Below, in pieces: positions 13,417 through 27,363 of a stretch of DNA of 64,000 nt. A program made the position numbers and the translations under genes. Each line of letters opens with the position of its first letter. Positions within the stretch are counted from its first letter, which is position 1. Origin of the DNA: Eledone cirrhosa (lineage: Eukaryota); contig OZ024740.1 in the NCBI GenBank assembly GCA_964016885.1, forward strand, positions 427,366,001 to 427,430,000. The letters are read 5' to 3'. The notes beneath the pieces were generated by a model. The model saw only the letters and a list, made by a program, of their open reading frames with translations, did not search any database and was not told the origin of the DNA.

Positions 13417-13955
13417 GAGATCAAAAGATGGTTAAAAGAGTTCCATGTATTCTATTATGCGCATTTCAAAAACAAATATCATCATTGGATGATATTTGCG
13501 TTCTCATCAGATAAAATAGGGAGACATGATATGAAGCTTAAAAAACACTTGCGAGCAGTGAAGTGTCAAATCTACATATGAGAAATAAGATAAGATGGAT
13601 ATATGAGATTGGGAAAAAGGAAAGGAAGGGGGAAAGAAAAGGTAAGGAAGAGGAAGAAAAAATATAGATAGAAGAAAAAAATAATAATAATAAGGAAAGG
13701 ATGACGGAGGAGGAGTATAAGAAGGAAGGATGAGAGAGGAGGAGAAATGAGTGAGAGAGAGAGAGATAACCTTTAATACTGACAAACTCTGTCTCACAGA
13801 GAAAAATTAAAAAAACCGTTGTAAGATAATAAATAATTTTTTTTTAAATGTTTAATTAAAAGTTAATGAGGTTTATGAATGGTGATGTTTATGATTAAAG
13901 AAAAAGGAATTAAGAATAGTATTAATTTCAGGTTTATATATTGAACTGTTTAATA

Positions 13956-13989
<34 letters not shown>

Positions 13990-13997
<8 letters not shown>

Positions 13998-14175
13998 AAA
14001 AATTGAACAGGGACAGAACAGAGAGGCAGTACGACAAATTTTTATTAGATTCACGCTCAGGAGAGTGGGGGGTAGGTGGAGGACGACGTTTCGGGCATAA
14101 GCCCTTCTTCAGGTAAGAGTTCAAAAGGTGTGTAGGGGAGTGGTGGAGAGACATATAGCGAAAGGAAACGGTGCG

Positions 14176-14180
<5 letters not shown>
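13990..14180 (-). mobile_element. Short (TA)n-embedded repeat with hammerhead-like core, probably Penelope-derived; second copy at 17900-18100 (+)
   Basis: CTGAAGA-A-GGGC-TTAT-GCCC-GAAACGTC; homologous flanks in both copies. Confidence 0.6.
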
Positions 14181-14231
<51 letters not shown>

Positions 14232-14234
<3 letters not shown>

Positions 14235-14382
14235 ATGTACCGAAGGCTTCTACAGGACTAAACTGTTTCATTCGGGAGACCTTCCTGGTCCTGTAGAAGC
14301 TTTCTCTATATTAAATATTTATACTCTGCTTTGTATTGAGTACCTTACTTACTGTGGTTACCCCCGATTGAACCCGGGATAA

Positions 14383-14386
<4 letters not shown>
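14232..14386 (+). mobile_element. Hammerhead repeat family 1 copy: inverted head plus direct arm with the ribozyme core deleted
   Basis: Shares ggcttctacaggac..ctgtttcattc and ttgagtaccttacttactgtggttacccccgattgaacc with 37222-37696; flanked by (TA)n. Confidence 0.75.
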
Positions 14387-14436
<50 letters not shown>

Positions 14437-14458
14437 TGTATGCATATATACATATATT

Positions 14459-15070
14459 ACATGGTGGCTGCCAACTCGTTTTCGAGTACGGCCACTACTT
14501 TATATCCATGTAGGAGAACCCCTACCGATGCGCTGAACGAGTGTGACTTCTTAGTCCAGCCAGCGACTTGAAAACTCTGGTACAAACACTACACTTGTGA
14601 CAACTATTGACACATAGTGCTGGGCCCATGGTACCATGTGACGACAAGTGCAGAGAGATCTCCAGATATAAAGCAATGCCTGTGCCGTGAAGCTTTTATA
14701 GTGAGCAAAGGCACTGCACAAAGCCAGTCCCACTCTCTTAACCAAGAAGATATTTACCAAAAAGAAGAACAATTCAACATCATTGGATACCATCAGGGTT
14801 GCAGGTGTTATATCAGAGTTTTCCTTCTCCTAGAATTCTACCTTGACAAAGGCTAAGGGGTCATCTCTCCCGGTGATTTTGGATGGCCATTCATTCTTAA
14901 GAGCTCCTTTGCCCTTTGACAGGTTTTGTTTTTAGTCCTGCAGGATGTCCAAAGTCACCCTCCTCACCAAGAAACCTTGGTGGGGTTGTCAGTTTAGTCG
15001 CCAACGACCCGACCATGAGACAGGTTGCACTGGGATACATGTTACCAGTAGCACCAACTGGTGACCTGAC
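14459..15070 (-). mobile_element. Internally deleted (bipartite) RTE/BovB-type element
   Basis: 5' part has RTE 5'UTR-like tctaggagaaggaaaactctga; 3' part encodes C2H2 finger HKCSVCTRVFKSLAGLRSHTRSAHR* (14522-14599) then a hairpin and (TA)-rich tail. Confidence 0.7.
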
Positions 15071-15259
15071 ATATATATACATACGTACATATATACATAC
15101 ATATATTACATACATACGTAGGCATACATTCCTTTTATCTCTCCCCCTCACCGCGCTCTCTTTATCTCCCTCTCTTTCTCTCTCGCTCTCTCTCTCTCCC
15201 TCTCCCTCTCTCTCTCCCTCTTCCCCCTCTCTCTCTCCCTCTTCCCCCTCTCTCTCTCT

Positions 15260-15309
<50 letters not shown>

Positions 15310-16065
15310 GCATATATACATACATATATTACATACATACATATATACATACATATATTACATACATACATACGTAGGCATACATTCCTTTTATCTCTCC
15401 CCCTCACCCCTCTCTCTCTCCCTCTCTCTCTCTCCCTCTCCTTCTCTCTCTCTCTCTCTCTCTTTCTCTACAGTTGATCTTTCCGTTCCACTCTTATTCT
15501 TCTTCTCTCCTTTAACTCTTATATATCCAACCTCTTATGGACTAAAATTCAACATTGTAACATTGTAACATTGTAACGTGTTACGTGTAAATCCGATTGT
15601 TTTTACTTTAGCTTTACACTGAACCTTTTATCTGTCGTGATTTCTTCTCGAATCTTCTGCAATCCCAACGGAGAAAAATAAATAAATTAAATAGGAACGA
15701 GATGAATTAAAGTAAATATATTGATTGAGATATTAAATTCCAATGAAACTTGTCGGCTTATCTCAGATGGAAGATGAAGAGACTCTCAATTGATTTCTTT
15801 ATATTTCAGTTCATGTAATTTTATTGTTATTTTCCTTTATTTTGTTATCATTTGTTTTGTTTTGTTTGTTATGTTTTTGACTTATTTTGTTTTGTACTTT
15901 GCTTATATATATATTTGTTGTTTTTGTTTTTGTTTCTAGTCTTTAATCTCAAGAGACGGAAGCAAAACAAATTGTTCTTTTAAATGAAACTTGACATGCA
16001 TATATTTAATCATGGATGGTGAGAATAGAGAAGTCTTAAGGAGTTAGAGGGAGATATAGAGAATG

Positions 16066-16289
16066 ATAGATAGATAGATAGATAGATAGACAGACAAATA
16101 GGTAAGTAGGTAGATAGATAGACAGGCAGATAGAAATATAGATAGATAGGTAGATAGACAGATAGATAGATAGATAGATAGATAGACAAGTAGGTAGATA
16201 GATAAATTGATTAATAGATAGGTAGGTAGAGAGATTGAGAGGTAGATCGGTAGCTAGGTAGGGAGATAAATAGGTAGATAGATAGATAT
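16066..16289. repeat. (GATA)n/(GGTA)n microsatellite, continuing at 17242-17320
   Basis: Direct reading. Confidence 0.9.
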
Positions 16290-17241
16290 GTTTCTTTTAT
16301 TTGCCACCACAGCATCAAAAGCGGGACAAGTACAATGGGGGGAGTTTACAAAACAAGGCGTCCTCAATAGGGAGGAGGCAATAACAATATATAAAAATAA
16401 AATAAAATATAACAAAAAATAAAATTTATAACAAAGTCCTCAATAGAGAGGAGGCGCCTTGGGGGGGGGGGGGTCGCACACACCCCCGAAAAAAAGTGGG
16501 CAACCCTTTTCCTCGGGAGCACAGAGAAGGGGTGCTCCCTTGGTCTTTCATCTTCCTCACCTATAGTCTGATGTAGAGTGAAGGCCCATTCACACGGGCT
16601 ATTCTCGCCACTTTCACCCATCTTTCATAAAAACGGCTGGGGTGCAGCACCTCTATCTCCATCCTGATCCTTCTTCCGAAATGATATCGGAAGAAACGGA
16701 CCAGTTGTTGGCCAGAGAGAAAGGTGTCTGACCTCAATCCTTTCAGACGCGTCCACAATACAACCTCTTTCGCCATGGCTATTACGCACAGAAACACCGC
16801 CTCTTCTTCGTTTTTGAAGAGGGGAGGCGGCTTGATCGTTACAATAGACTCGGTGGTCAACCGGATCGGTCCCACCCTTGACAGCAGTTGTTCGACATAG
16901 CCCCACAGATCGGCAATGCCCGAGCAGTGTACCAATGCGTGTGCAACGGTTTCCTCGTCGCACACGCATCTTGGATAGATCTTTTTCGAGGGGTCCCTAC
17001 CCGGGCGCCCGTGTCTGTAGAGCCTTTCTCGAACAGGCAGAGACCTTCTGTAGCATTGCCAGGCCAGGGACTCTGGAAGTTATCCATGGGTCCCGGGCTG
17101 AATGTCCTACCGAACAGGTTGGTCAGTTCGTCTTCCGCCATGCCTAGGGCTTCTCCGAGAGCGTCGTCGCACCTGCTAACCACCAGCCCTCTATAGAATG
17201 ACGAGGTGGATTCTCCACTGACAGCCGGGTCCGCCTGCCAG
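16290..17241 (-). mobile_element. 5'-truncated Tx1 LINE, subfamily 3
   Basis: [32 protein letters not shown] homologous to ORF2 C-terminus; distinct 3'UTR ending gtggcaaataaaagaaac+(TATC)n. Confidence 0.88.
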
Positions 17242-17409
17242 TAGGTAAATAGATAGATAGATATAGATAGATTGATAGATAGATAAATAGGTGGATTGAT
17301 AGGTAGATAGATAGAGAGAGAAGAGAGAGAGAAAGAGGGAGGATGTATGTGTGTAAAACGAAAAGAAGGGGAGAAATAACAAACAAGAACGTTAGTTGCG
17401 AAAGCATAT

Positions 17410-18860
<1,451 letters not shown>

Positions 18861-19944
18861 TTACACACACATGCGTACGCACTCACACATATGTATATAT
18901 TATATTGGTGATCGAAATACTACTACATTCGAGTGTTTAGCAGCGAAAGGTGGTGGTGGGGGTGAGTCGATGATATTAGATAAATAAATGTAAACAAAAT
19001 ACTCGTGGAAACATTAGATATGTTCAAATAAATATATATTTTCAATATATATTGTACATGAACACCGAAGTTAGGGGATATTTGTTGGAATTTTATAGCG
19101 ATTGATTGAGTGACCTGTGTCTGAGAGCTAGGCTGTAAGTTTTCTTTAAAATCCGACTGGAATCGCTGAACTCCAACACATTAAAAAATTGTGTCAAAAA
19201 CAGTTTTTATACGTAGAGGACTGCCCACCGATTTCTTCTTAAGACATGTTAACCACTTGTCCATAATATCGGAGTTATGATCTCTTAATTCAGAGAAGTA
19301 GTGTCTCTACCTGTGGCGACTGCCATATCTCAGAGCTGCGCACTCTATTGATTAAAGCACACGGCTGGCTCGTTAACTTTCTGTTGAATTGCAGCCTGTG
19401 TATATATCTGCTATATATTTCTCAGTGTTTGTCAGTGTGTATCTGTCCCTTCTTCCTTTCCTATTAATACCTCTTGTTTCCCAAACATCTGCCACTTTCT
19501 CTATCTTCCATTCTTTGTCTTTTCTTCTTTTCTTTTCGCTTAAAAATGCATTTATTTATTTATTACTGAGGGATTTCGTTTCTCTGCTTTCTGAGTGGCT
19601 ATCACGATATGACCTAAATCTGTTGTAGACTTAATCCGTTGCCCGGGTTAACACCATCGCCTGGATGTTTCATTTAATAGAAACAACTATCGAAATATTA
19701 AGTGAATTATATTTTCCTCAAATAATCGTTGAAGAAACGAAAGTCGTTTCAGATTTGAGTAATTTTGTAAAAACAAATTGATCAGTAATTGGGTTGCAGT
19801 AATTTAAACAGGCTCCAAGAATATTATATCCCGTAAAGTTGACGTGTGGAGCTGAAATTCTGAGTATTTTACACCATAAATGTTCAGAGAAATAATCGAA
19901 AAGTTTCAGAGACCGTCTTCATAGCAGCTTATGTGTCTATTCTT

Positions 19945-20286
19945 GGTAAAGGGTAAAGATCCCCTTCGGTCACGAATGACCGTGGGAATTGCTCTCAGAA
20001 AGCTCCCCTCAGAGGCACAAGTCTGGGAAAAGAGTGTTTGTGAGAGACCAACAGTCGCCAATGCATATCAGTCTCCTCTCTCCACGCCACCGATGTTGTC
20101 CAAGGGAAAGACTAAGCCTGGTAGAGCTTGACACCAGTTTCACCGCAGCTCATTTCTACAGCTGAATGAACTGGAGCAACGTGAAATAGTGTCTTGCTCA
20201 AGAACACAATAAATAGCTCGGTCCGGGAATCAAACTCTCAACCTGACACAGCCAGAGGCTTTAACCACAAAGCCATGCACCTTCAC
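19945..20286 (-). mobile_element. Full-length tRNA-derived SINE family B with its own 3' tail
   Basis: Head and central domain as at 2388; ends gtcattcgtgaccgaaggggatctttacccttta. Confidence 0.85.
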
Positions 20287-21262
20287 TGCGCCTTCCTATA
20301 TAACTTCTGTATCAATATCCTCTCCAATATGTGACTTATCTTTTGTTAAAATATACATTGTAAGAGGCCATCGTTTCTCCAGTTATAGCATAATTTGAAC
20401 GGTAAACGTAGATGATGATTTGACAAAGATGTTAGAGCGACAGGAAAAATTACTTGCAGTATTTGTTCCGAACATGTGCACTCTAAATTGAGCCCCCACC
20501 CTGGAGTATATTCTGGCTTTCCTACACTTGGAATCTTTAGTCGAAAGCAGTGAATTTGCTGAATTGCTAGAGTTGTGGATTCCGGTTTCTAGAATCCTGA
20601 GTTCAAATCACACTAACTTTTAGGTAGGCTTGTGTCGGTTCTTTCTAAATTAGCTTAAAGATGACCGAAACCTAGTGAATGGAATTTTGTAAGTGAAAGA
20701 AAAATGAAAGGTAGACAAAGCGAAGCTACCTAGTTGTACAGTTCTGAGTTGAATGAATTGAGGAAAAGGTTGAATGTGGGAGGCCAGGAAATCAGAAGAT
20801 TTTGTTGCTGTTTTTATTATTGATTTGGTTTGTTATCAGCTTTTTCATTCTTATTGTTTATGCTGTTGGTCAAACTGATGATCAAAGGTATTTCAACCGT
20901 CAACATCGCGTCTTATATTTTGTTTAACATAATCCTTTCAAACTCTCCATTGTTTTTTTTTTATTTTTTATGGGTTTTTTTATAGCATTTAAATAAGATT
21001 TGGTTGCTATTTCTTGAGATTAAACTAACCACACCATCTAGTTAAAATAATTTCTTCTTTCGGTGAAGATTCGGTGTGGTCAAGGATATCGATGATGGAA
21101 GACGGTCTAGTTGGGAATATTCCGGCCTTTGTTTTATAAATAGTAGATTTAGGACTGGGTTACCCATCTGATTTCAACGTTGAGATTCGCAGTTGCATAG
21201 ATGTAAATATACTTTAGTTGTAGAAGTGACGCCTGAACGAGTATACTCCACCATTAACTAAC

Positions 21263-21400
21263 TTACCATCCACCTGCGGGTCCTGGCCGACAGAGTGGAG
21301 AATACACTACCCGGACGACTGCGACGAAGACCCACTGAAACAGCCACTCCACCTCACGGGGCTCGCACCTACTGGCGGCCAACTTCGCGCCCTTGTCAAT
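21263..21400 (-). mobile_element. CRE-clade LINE 3' remnant (diverged)
   Basis: GAKLAASRCEPREVEWLFQWVFVAVVR, homologous to the 35398 and 43359 copies. Confidence 0.6.
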
Positions 21401-22186
21401 TGCTATTATTTTCATCTCGTCAAGTAAAAACATGGAGACTGGAATTTTGCTTGAGTTTAGAAGTAGATTAATTCTTATCGAGAAGATGCATGATCAAAGA
21501 CATTCCAGTCATGATCATCACCTCTTGTTATTTATTTATTCATTTATGTATACAATGCAGTCCAACATTATCCAACGATTTCATCCATGTTGTAAAACGT
21601 TATGGTGTGTTTTGAAGTGATTTGGTCTGGTATTTCTCCTAAGACTGTGCCATCATATAGTTACCCCTCCTTCCCTGGATCAACTGTTATCGTGCTCTTT
21701 CTATCCCTCCCACTTCCGCAATAAACCTATTTGATGTTTTTATTACATTCATTTAGTGAGAAGGGAGAACGGAAGTGAGGCACGATGTGTATCACTCTCA
21801 CGCCCTTTTATGTGAGGGCGTCAGTCGGCCATATTAGACACGGACTATTGACGCTTCTTTGAAACTGGTGCCAACAGACACAGATTATTGAACTTGTCGG
21901 AAAATCTCGACAGCCATCTTTTCATCATCTCTATCATCCTTAAGCAGGCATTAAAAATCACACACACATACACACACATACATACACATACACACACGCG
22001 CTCGCACACAAACACATACACATACACACACACGCTCCCACACAAACACACACACACATACACATACACACACACATACACATACACACACACGCTCGCA
22101 CACAAACACACACACATATACACATATATATTTATCATATATATGCATATATATATATGCATAAATATAAACACATACGATTATAC

Positions 22187-22243
<57 letters not shown>

Positions 22244-22253
22244 CACACACACA

Positions 22254-22329
22254 CAGGCTGTCCCACAAAAATGTATAATACTTTGATTAGAATGCTATTG
22301 AAATGTGTATACATTTTGGGGGGACACTG
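22254..22329. mobile_element. Tiny Tc1/mariner-type MITE
   Basis: Imperfect terminal inverted repeats caggctgtcccacaaaaatgtata / tatacattttggggggacactg followed by TA. Confidence 0.6.
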
Positions 22330-22417
22330 TATGTATATACAGATATATATATATGTGTGTGTTTATATATATATATATATACATTCTTACACACTATATA
22401 TATATACGTGTATGTAA

Positions 22418-22459
<42 letters not shown>

Positions 22460-23161
22460 CCATGGATATATACTTTGACTCACGTTGCCGGTGACACGTA
22501 GAAAGATACTAATTGACAAACATTAGTATAATTATCACCGGCGATGTGTAGAAATACACATACATATATACATACACATATATATATATATACATATGTG
22601 CGTGTGTGTGTGAATGTGTAGGCGCACGTAATTTCATGTATACATACATAAATCGTTAAACAAAACAAAACAAAAATACTGTTATTCCACTCTCATACAC
22701 GAACAGACACACAAACACAGATATGGATACACGTGCTTTTGTATATTAATAATCCCTGTTATCTTTGTTTTTAAGCTTATTTATATTCATCTTCAATGAT
22801 CTCAGTGTCGAAGCTGGATGGTGTGATGGTAAACATCATCATCAGGAGAGATAACAACAATGATACAAGCAACCATATGACATCTGTCTTACAGACTCAC
22901 AACTCTTGTAGTCTTTTGTCTTGATGTGTCGTTAATGGCACGATTCTCTCGTTTGATAACTATTCAATCACAGAATTTACTGTCTCAGAAGTCAATTCTT
23001 TCACCGTTTCCACACACTTTTATTGCCTTAATCTACGTTTAATAGGGGTAAAAATAAATAAATAAATCTATAATAATATTAATATATATATTTATATATA
23101 TTTATATATATACATGTGTGTATATATATATATGTGTGTGTGTGTACGCATGTGTATATAC

Positions 23162-23258
<97 letters not shown>

Positions 23259-24049
23259 CATATATGTATGTACGTATATGTATATATACATACATATAAA
23301 CAAAAGATAAAATATGTATCTGGTGTAATATTAAAAGAGCTCAGCGCCGTAAACGTCGTCGGCAGCAGGCAGCATTACTAGAGATAACAAAATGGCAGTC
23401 ACAGCGGGAGATGGCTTTTTTCGTGTGTGTTCGAGCTATGGCAGCACAAGTAGTTGTGATTGCAGATGATGGTGGTGTTACATTATCAGGGACAGGAGGT
23501 GGGTATCACGATATTATTTCTGTTGTTCTCTCTGACACACTCTCTCTCTCTCTTCACCCCCAGTCTCTCACTCACTCTCTCTCCACCACCTTACTCTCCC
23601 TCTTTCTCTTAATGCATATCTCTCATATGATAAATACCCGATGTTTCTCACATTTAATTGAAAAGGAATAGATGAGAGTTTAGGATGTTCAGATATTTCC
23701 TCAAATGTTCACTAAACTATGCCAATAAGGACAACAATGTCATTATCAACAACAACAATTAGGATTTCTTCATAAAGGAAAAAATTATTTACCAAAGAAA
23801 AAAAAGAAAACCTTGGGTCGGCTCAAGATAATTCTGTGGAGGTTTATAGAAACGGGGAAGATGAGAAATAACAACACACAGTGGTAACAATAAAATATTA
23901 AACCGAAGTTAAATCTCCAAGTGTGGACTTACGAGAGCTCCTCGTAGAGAAACATCCACACAAAAACACGATCACCGTCACCACTAAGGCTACTCACCCC
24001 GCTCAATTTTCTTCCTCCAATCTAGACATACATAGACAGAGGAGAGTTG

Positions 24050-25310
24050 GTCACTCTGATCGTGCTCGTCTCCTTTAGCAACAGTCCAACTAAATTGCTG
24101 GAAGGCACCACTTCCAAATCCACTCTGCAACTTTATCTTTTCACGTGAATTATGGATAAATTGTTAAAGGCTTGACCAAATAAAACATTGTCTCTCTCCA
24201 GCCGTTTTAATTACGAACACTACACAACTGCCTTCGTCGAAAATTGCCGGCACTTCTCGTTTAAAGACAGGCAGCAGGATGATCTTGATTTAGCTGACAA
24301 ATCAATCGTACATGCGATAACATCTGTTCGATATAATACCATAAAACAGCAAGGTTCGGGCCTGGCTAAAGAGCCGGGCTAAAGAACCAGGGTAAGGGTC
24401 CAGGCTAAAGGTCCAGGCTAAAGAACCAGGCTAAAGAGACAGGCTAATGAACCAGGCTAAAAAGCCTGTCTACAGAGCCAGGCTAAAGAACCAGGCTAAA
24501 GGTCCAGGCTAAAGAACCAGGCTAAAGAGCCGGGCTAAAGAGCCAGGCTAAAGAACCGGGCTAAAGAACCAGGCTAAAGACTCTTTCGTGTTTGTAAAGA
24601 TTACCCAGAAGATGCAATGATGCAGTGGCACAACCAAATCAGGGATTTCTGGAAATTCTCAAAATTACTCCGGAACAACCTAACCAGTTGATTTTCGACA
24701 ACGTTCAGAGATACCACAAAAGCGGCATTGCTTTTTCACCGCCACTAATTCTCTATAGAACGATAAAGTGGAACTTCCGCCAAGCGAACTATCGTCTGGT
24801 CGTAAGCTGTGTAGATATTCTTGTTAGGAAGCACCCTATCCAGTCTTCACTCTGTCAAAGAGACGAGCTGGGAAAAGACGCGTCTTATAAATGGTGACTA
24901 CATGCAATCCCCGCCAAGGAAATATTTTCTATATCTCTCCTCGTATGTATGAACAACATCAGCCATAGCGTATCTAGTTCTACATGCAATGTGTTGACAG
25001 CAAATCGAGCGCCAAAGTAGGGGGCGTTTCCCTTCCACATAAAGCGAAAAAGCAGACGCTCCAGTTCGATAAAGGATGACTTCTATATATATTGTTGATT
25101 GGTCTTTATGGGGTGATTCATTCTTATACTTAACCACTTCTCGTTCCCCACCGAGGATTGTTATCATCTCTTGCGTTTGGGCTCCATCCAAATTGTTCTT
25201 TAAAGGAAATGAACCCTCAGGTACCAATGTTACAAGCTATCCCTTTTACTTTCACCCTTGCATTACACTGCCCTATCTGCTGGGGAACGAGTTTATGAAT
25301 GACCTTGTTC
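24050..25310 (-). mobile_element. Old degraded Tx1 ORF2 3' fragment, interrupted by the 13-bp array
   Basis: KRPLLWRSICCQH and nucleotide similarity to the copy A ORF2 C-terminal region. Confidence 0.65.
24364..24580. repeat. 13-bp minisatellite (GGCTAAAGAACCA), about 16-17 units
   Basis: Direct reading. Confidence 0.92.
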
Positions 25311-25311
25311 T

Positions 25312-26680
25312 GCCTATTTGCTAGCCTTGGATGTCAGGCAGACGATGTTTCAGGCTTGGCCTATTTGCTAGCCTTGGATGTCAGACAGACGATGTTTCAG
25401 GCTTTGCCTATTTGCTAGCCTTGGATGTCAGACAGACGATGTTTCAGGCTTTGCCTATTTGCTAGCCTTGGATGTCAGGCAGACGATGTTTCAGACTTGG
25501 CCTATTTGCTAGCCTTGGATGTCAGACAGACGATGTTTCAGGCTTTGGCTATTTGCTAGCCTTGGATGTCAGACAGACGATGTTTCAGGCTTTGCCTATT
25601 TGCTAGCCTTGGATGACAGACAGACGATGTTTCAGGCTTGGCCTATTTGCTAGCCTTGGATGTCAGACAGACGATGTTTCAGGCTTTGCCTATTTGCTAG
25701 CCTTGGATGTCAGGCAGACGATGTTTCAGGCTTGGCCTATTTGCTAGCCTTGGATGTCAGACAGACGATGTTTCAGGCTTTGCCTATTTGCTAGCCTTGG
25801 ATGTCAGACAGACGATGTTTCAGGCTTTGCCTATTTGCTAGCCTTGGATGTCAGACAGACGATGTTTCAGGCTTGGCCTATTTGCTAGCCTTGGATGTCA
25901 GACAGACGATGTTTCAGGCTTGGCCTATTTGCTAGCCTTGGATGTCAGACAGACGATGTTTCAGGCTTGGCCTATTTGCTAGCCTTGGATGTCAGACAGA
26001 CGATGTTTCAGGCTTGGCCTATTTGCTAGCCTTGGATGTCAGACAGACGATGTTTCAGGCTTTGCCTATTTGCTAGCCTTGGATGTCAGACAGACGATGT
26101 TTCAGGCTTTGCCTATTTGCTAGCCTTGGATGTCAGACAGACGATGTTTCAGGCTTGGCCTATTTGCTAGCCTTGGATGTCAGACAGACGATGTTTCAGG
26201 CTTTGCCTATTTGCTAGCCTTGGATGTCAGGCAGACGATGTTTCAGGCTTGGCCTATTTGCTAGCCTTGGATGTCAGACAGACGATGTTTCAGGCTTGGC
26301 CTATTTGCTAGCCTTGGATGTCAGACAGACGATGTTTCAGGCTTGGCCTATTTGCTAGCCTTGGATGTCAGACAGACGATGTTTCAGGCTTGGCCTATTT
26401 GCTAGCCTTGGATGTCAGACAGACGATGTTTCAGGCTTGGCCTATTTGCTAGCCTTGGATGTCAGACAGATGATGTTTCAGGCTTTGCCTATTTGCTAGC
26501 CTTGGATGTCAGACAGACGATGTTTCAGGCTTGGCCTATTTGCTAGCCTTGGATGTCAGACAGACGATGTTTCAGGCTTGGCCTATTTGCTAGCCTTCGA
26601 TGTCAGGCAGACGATGTTTCAGGCTTGGCCTACTTGCTAGCCTTCGATGTCAGACAGACGATGTTTCAGGCTTGGCCTAT
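25312..26680. repeat. 47-bp tandem array, about 29 near-identical units
   Basis: Unit GCCTATTTGCTAGCCTTGGATGTCAGACAGACGATGTTTCAGGCTT(G/T); period measured 25312 to 25359; no spacers. Confidence 0.97.
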
Positions 26681-27235
26681 GAATATATATATATATATAT
26701 ATAATGTTAGCTTATATATCTTTCAGAGATTTCCTTAACTAATCTTTGGAAGCAATTTATTGAGCTCACCTTTGATTTTGTGAGACAAAGGTAGATGAAT
26801 TCTCTTCTTGCACCTTTCTAAATACATTCTTCGGGACATGAATTCTTCATTATTGCAACTTTACTTCTGTTCTGTTTTGTATTTCATCACATCCATATTT
26901 GGAGATTATTTTGTATATATTTCGCTTGGTGAAATGTGGAAGTATTTTGTGGTTGTCGGCTGATTTATTGTTGACGTCCTTGTTTTGTACATTTTCCGCT
27001 TGGTGTAACCATTTTGTGGTGGGCAGTTTTGTTGTTACTGTTTTTATTGTTGACATTGTCGTTCTCGTTGTTGTTTCGTTGTCGCGGAGTAAATACTTAT
27101 TAATCAATCATTTGTTTAGAAACAAGTTTTTCTTATTTCTGAAAATCGTGTCTCGATGAAAGCAAGCTGATATAAGTTATCATTTTTATTCTGTAATTTA
27201 TCGTTGAAAACATTATTATCATTATTATTATTATT

Positions 27236-27335
27236 CCTTGAATCTCAGTCATTGATGTTAGTTAACTGGAAAGTCCGTTGGAATGAATATCAAGCCACTA
27301 CCTGCAGCCTCAGATATTCAGGACGTATCGGAGGG
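27236..27335 (-). mobile_element. Dong 3'-terminal 100-bp fragment between two (TTA)n tracts
   Basis: Matches reverse complement of 12650-12722 and the + strand at 55596-55695. Confidence 0.88.
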
Positions 27336-27363
27336 TTATTATTATTATTATTATTATTATTAT

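Noticed and set aside
25312-26680. CRISPR array
   Set aside because: Units are contiguous with no unique spacers; no cas genes; eukaryotic context
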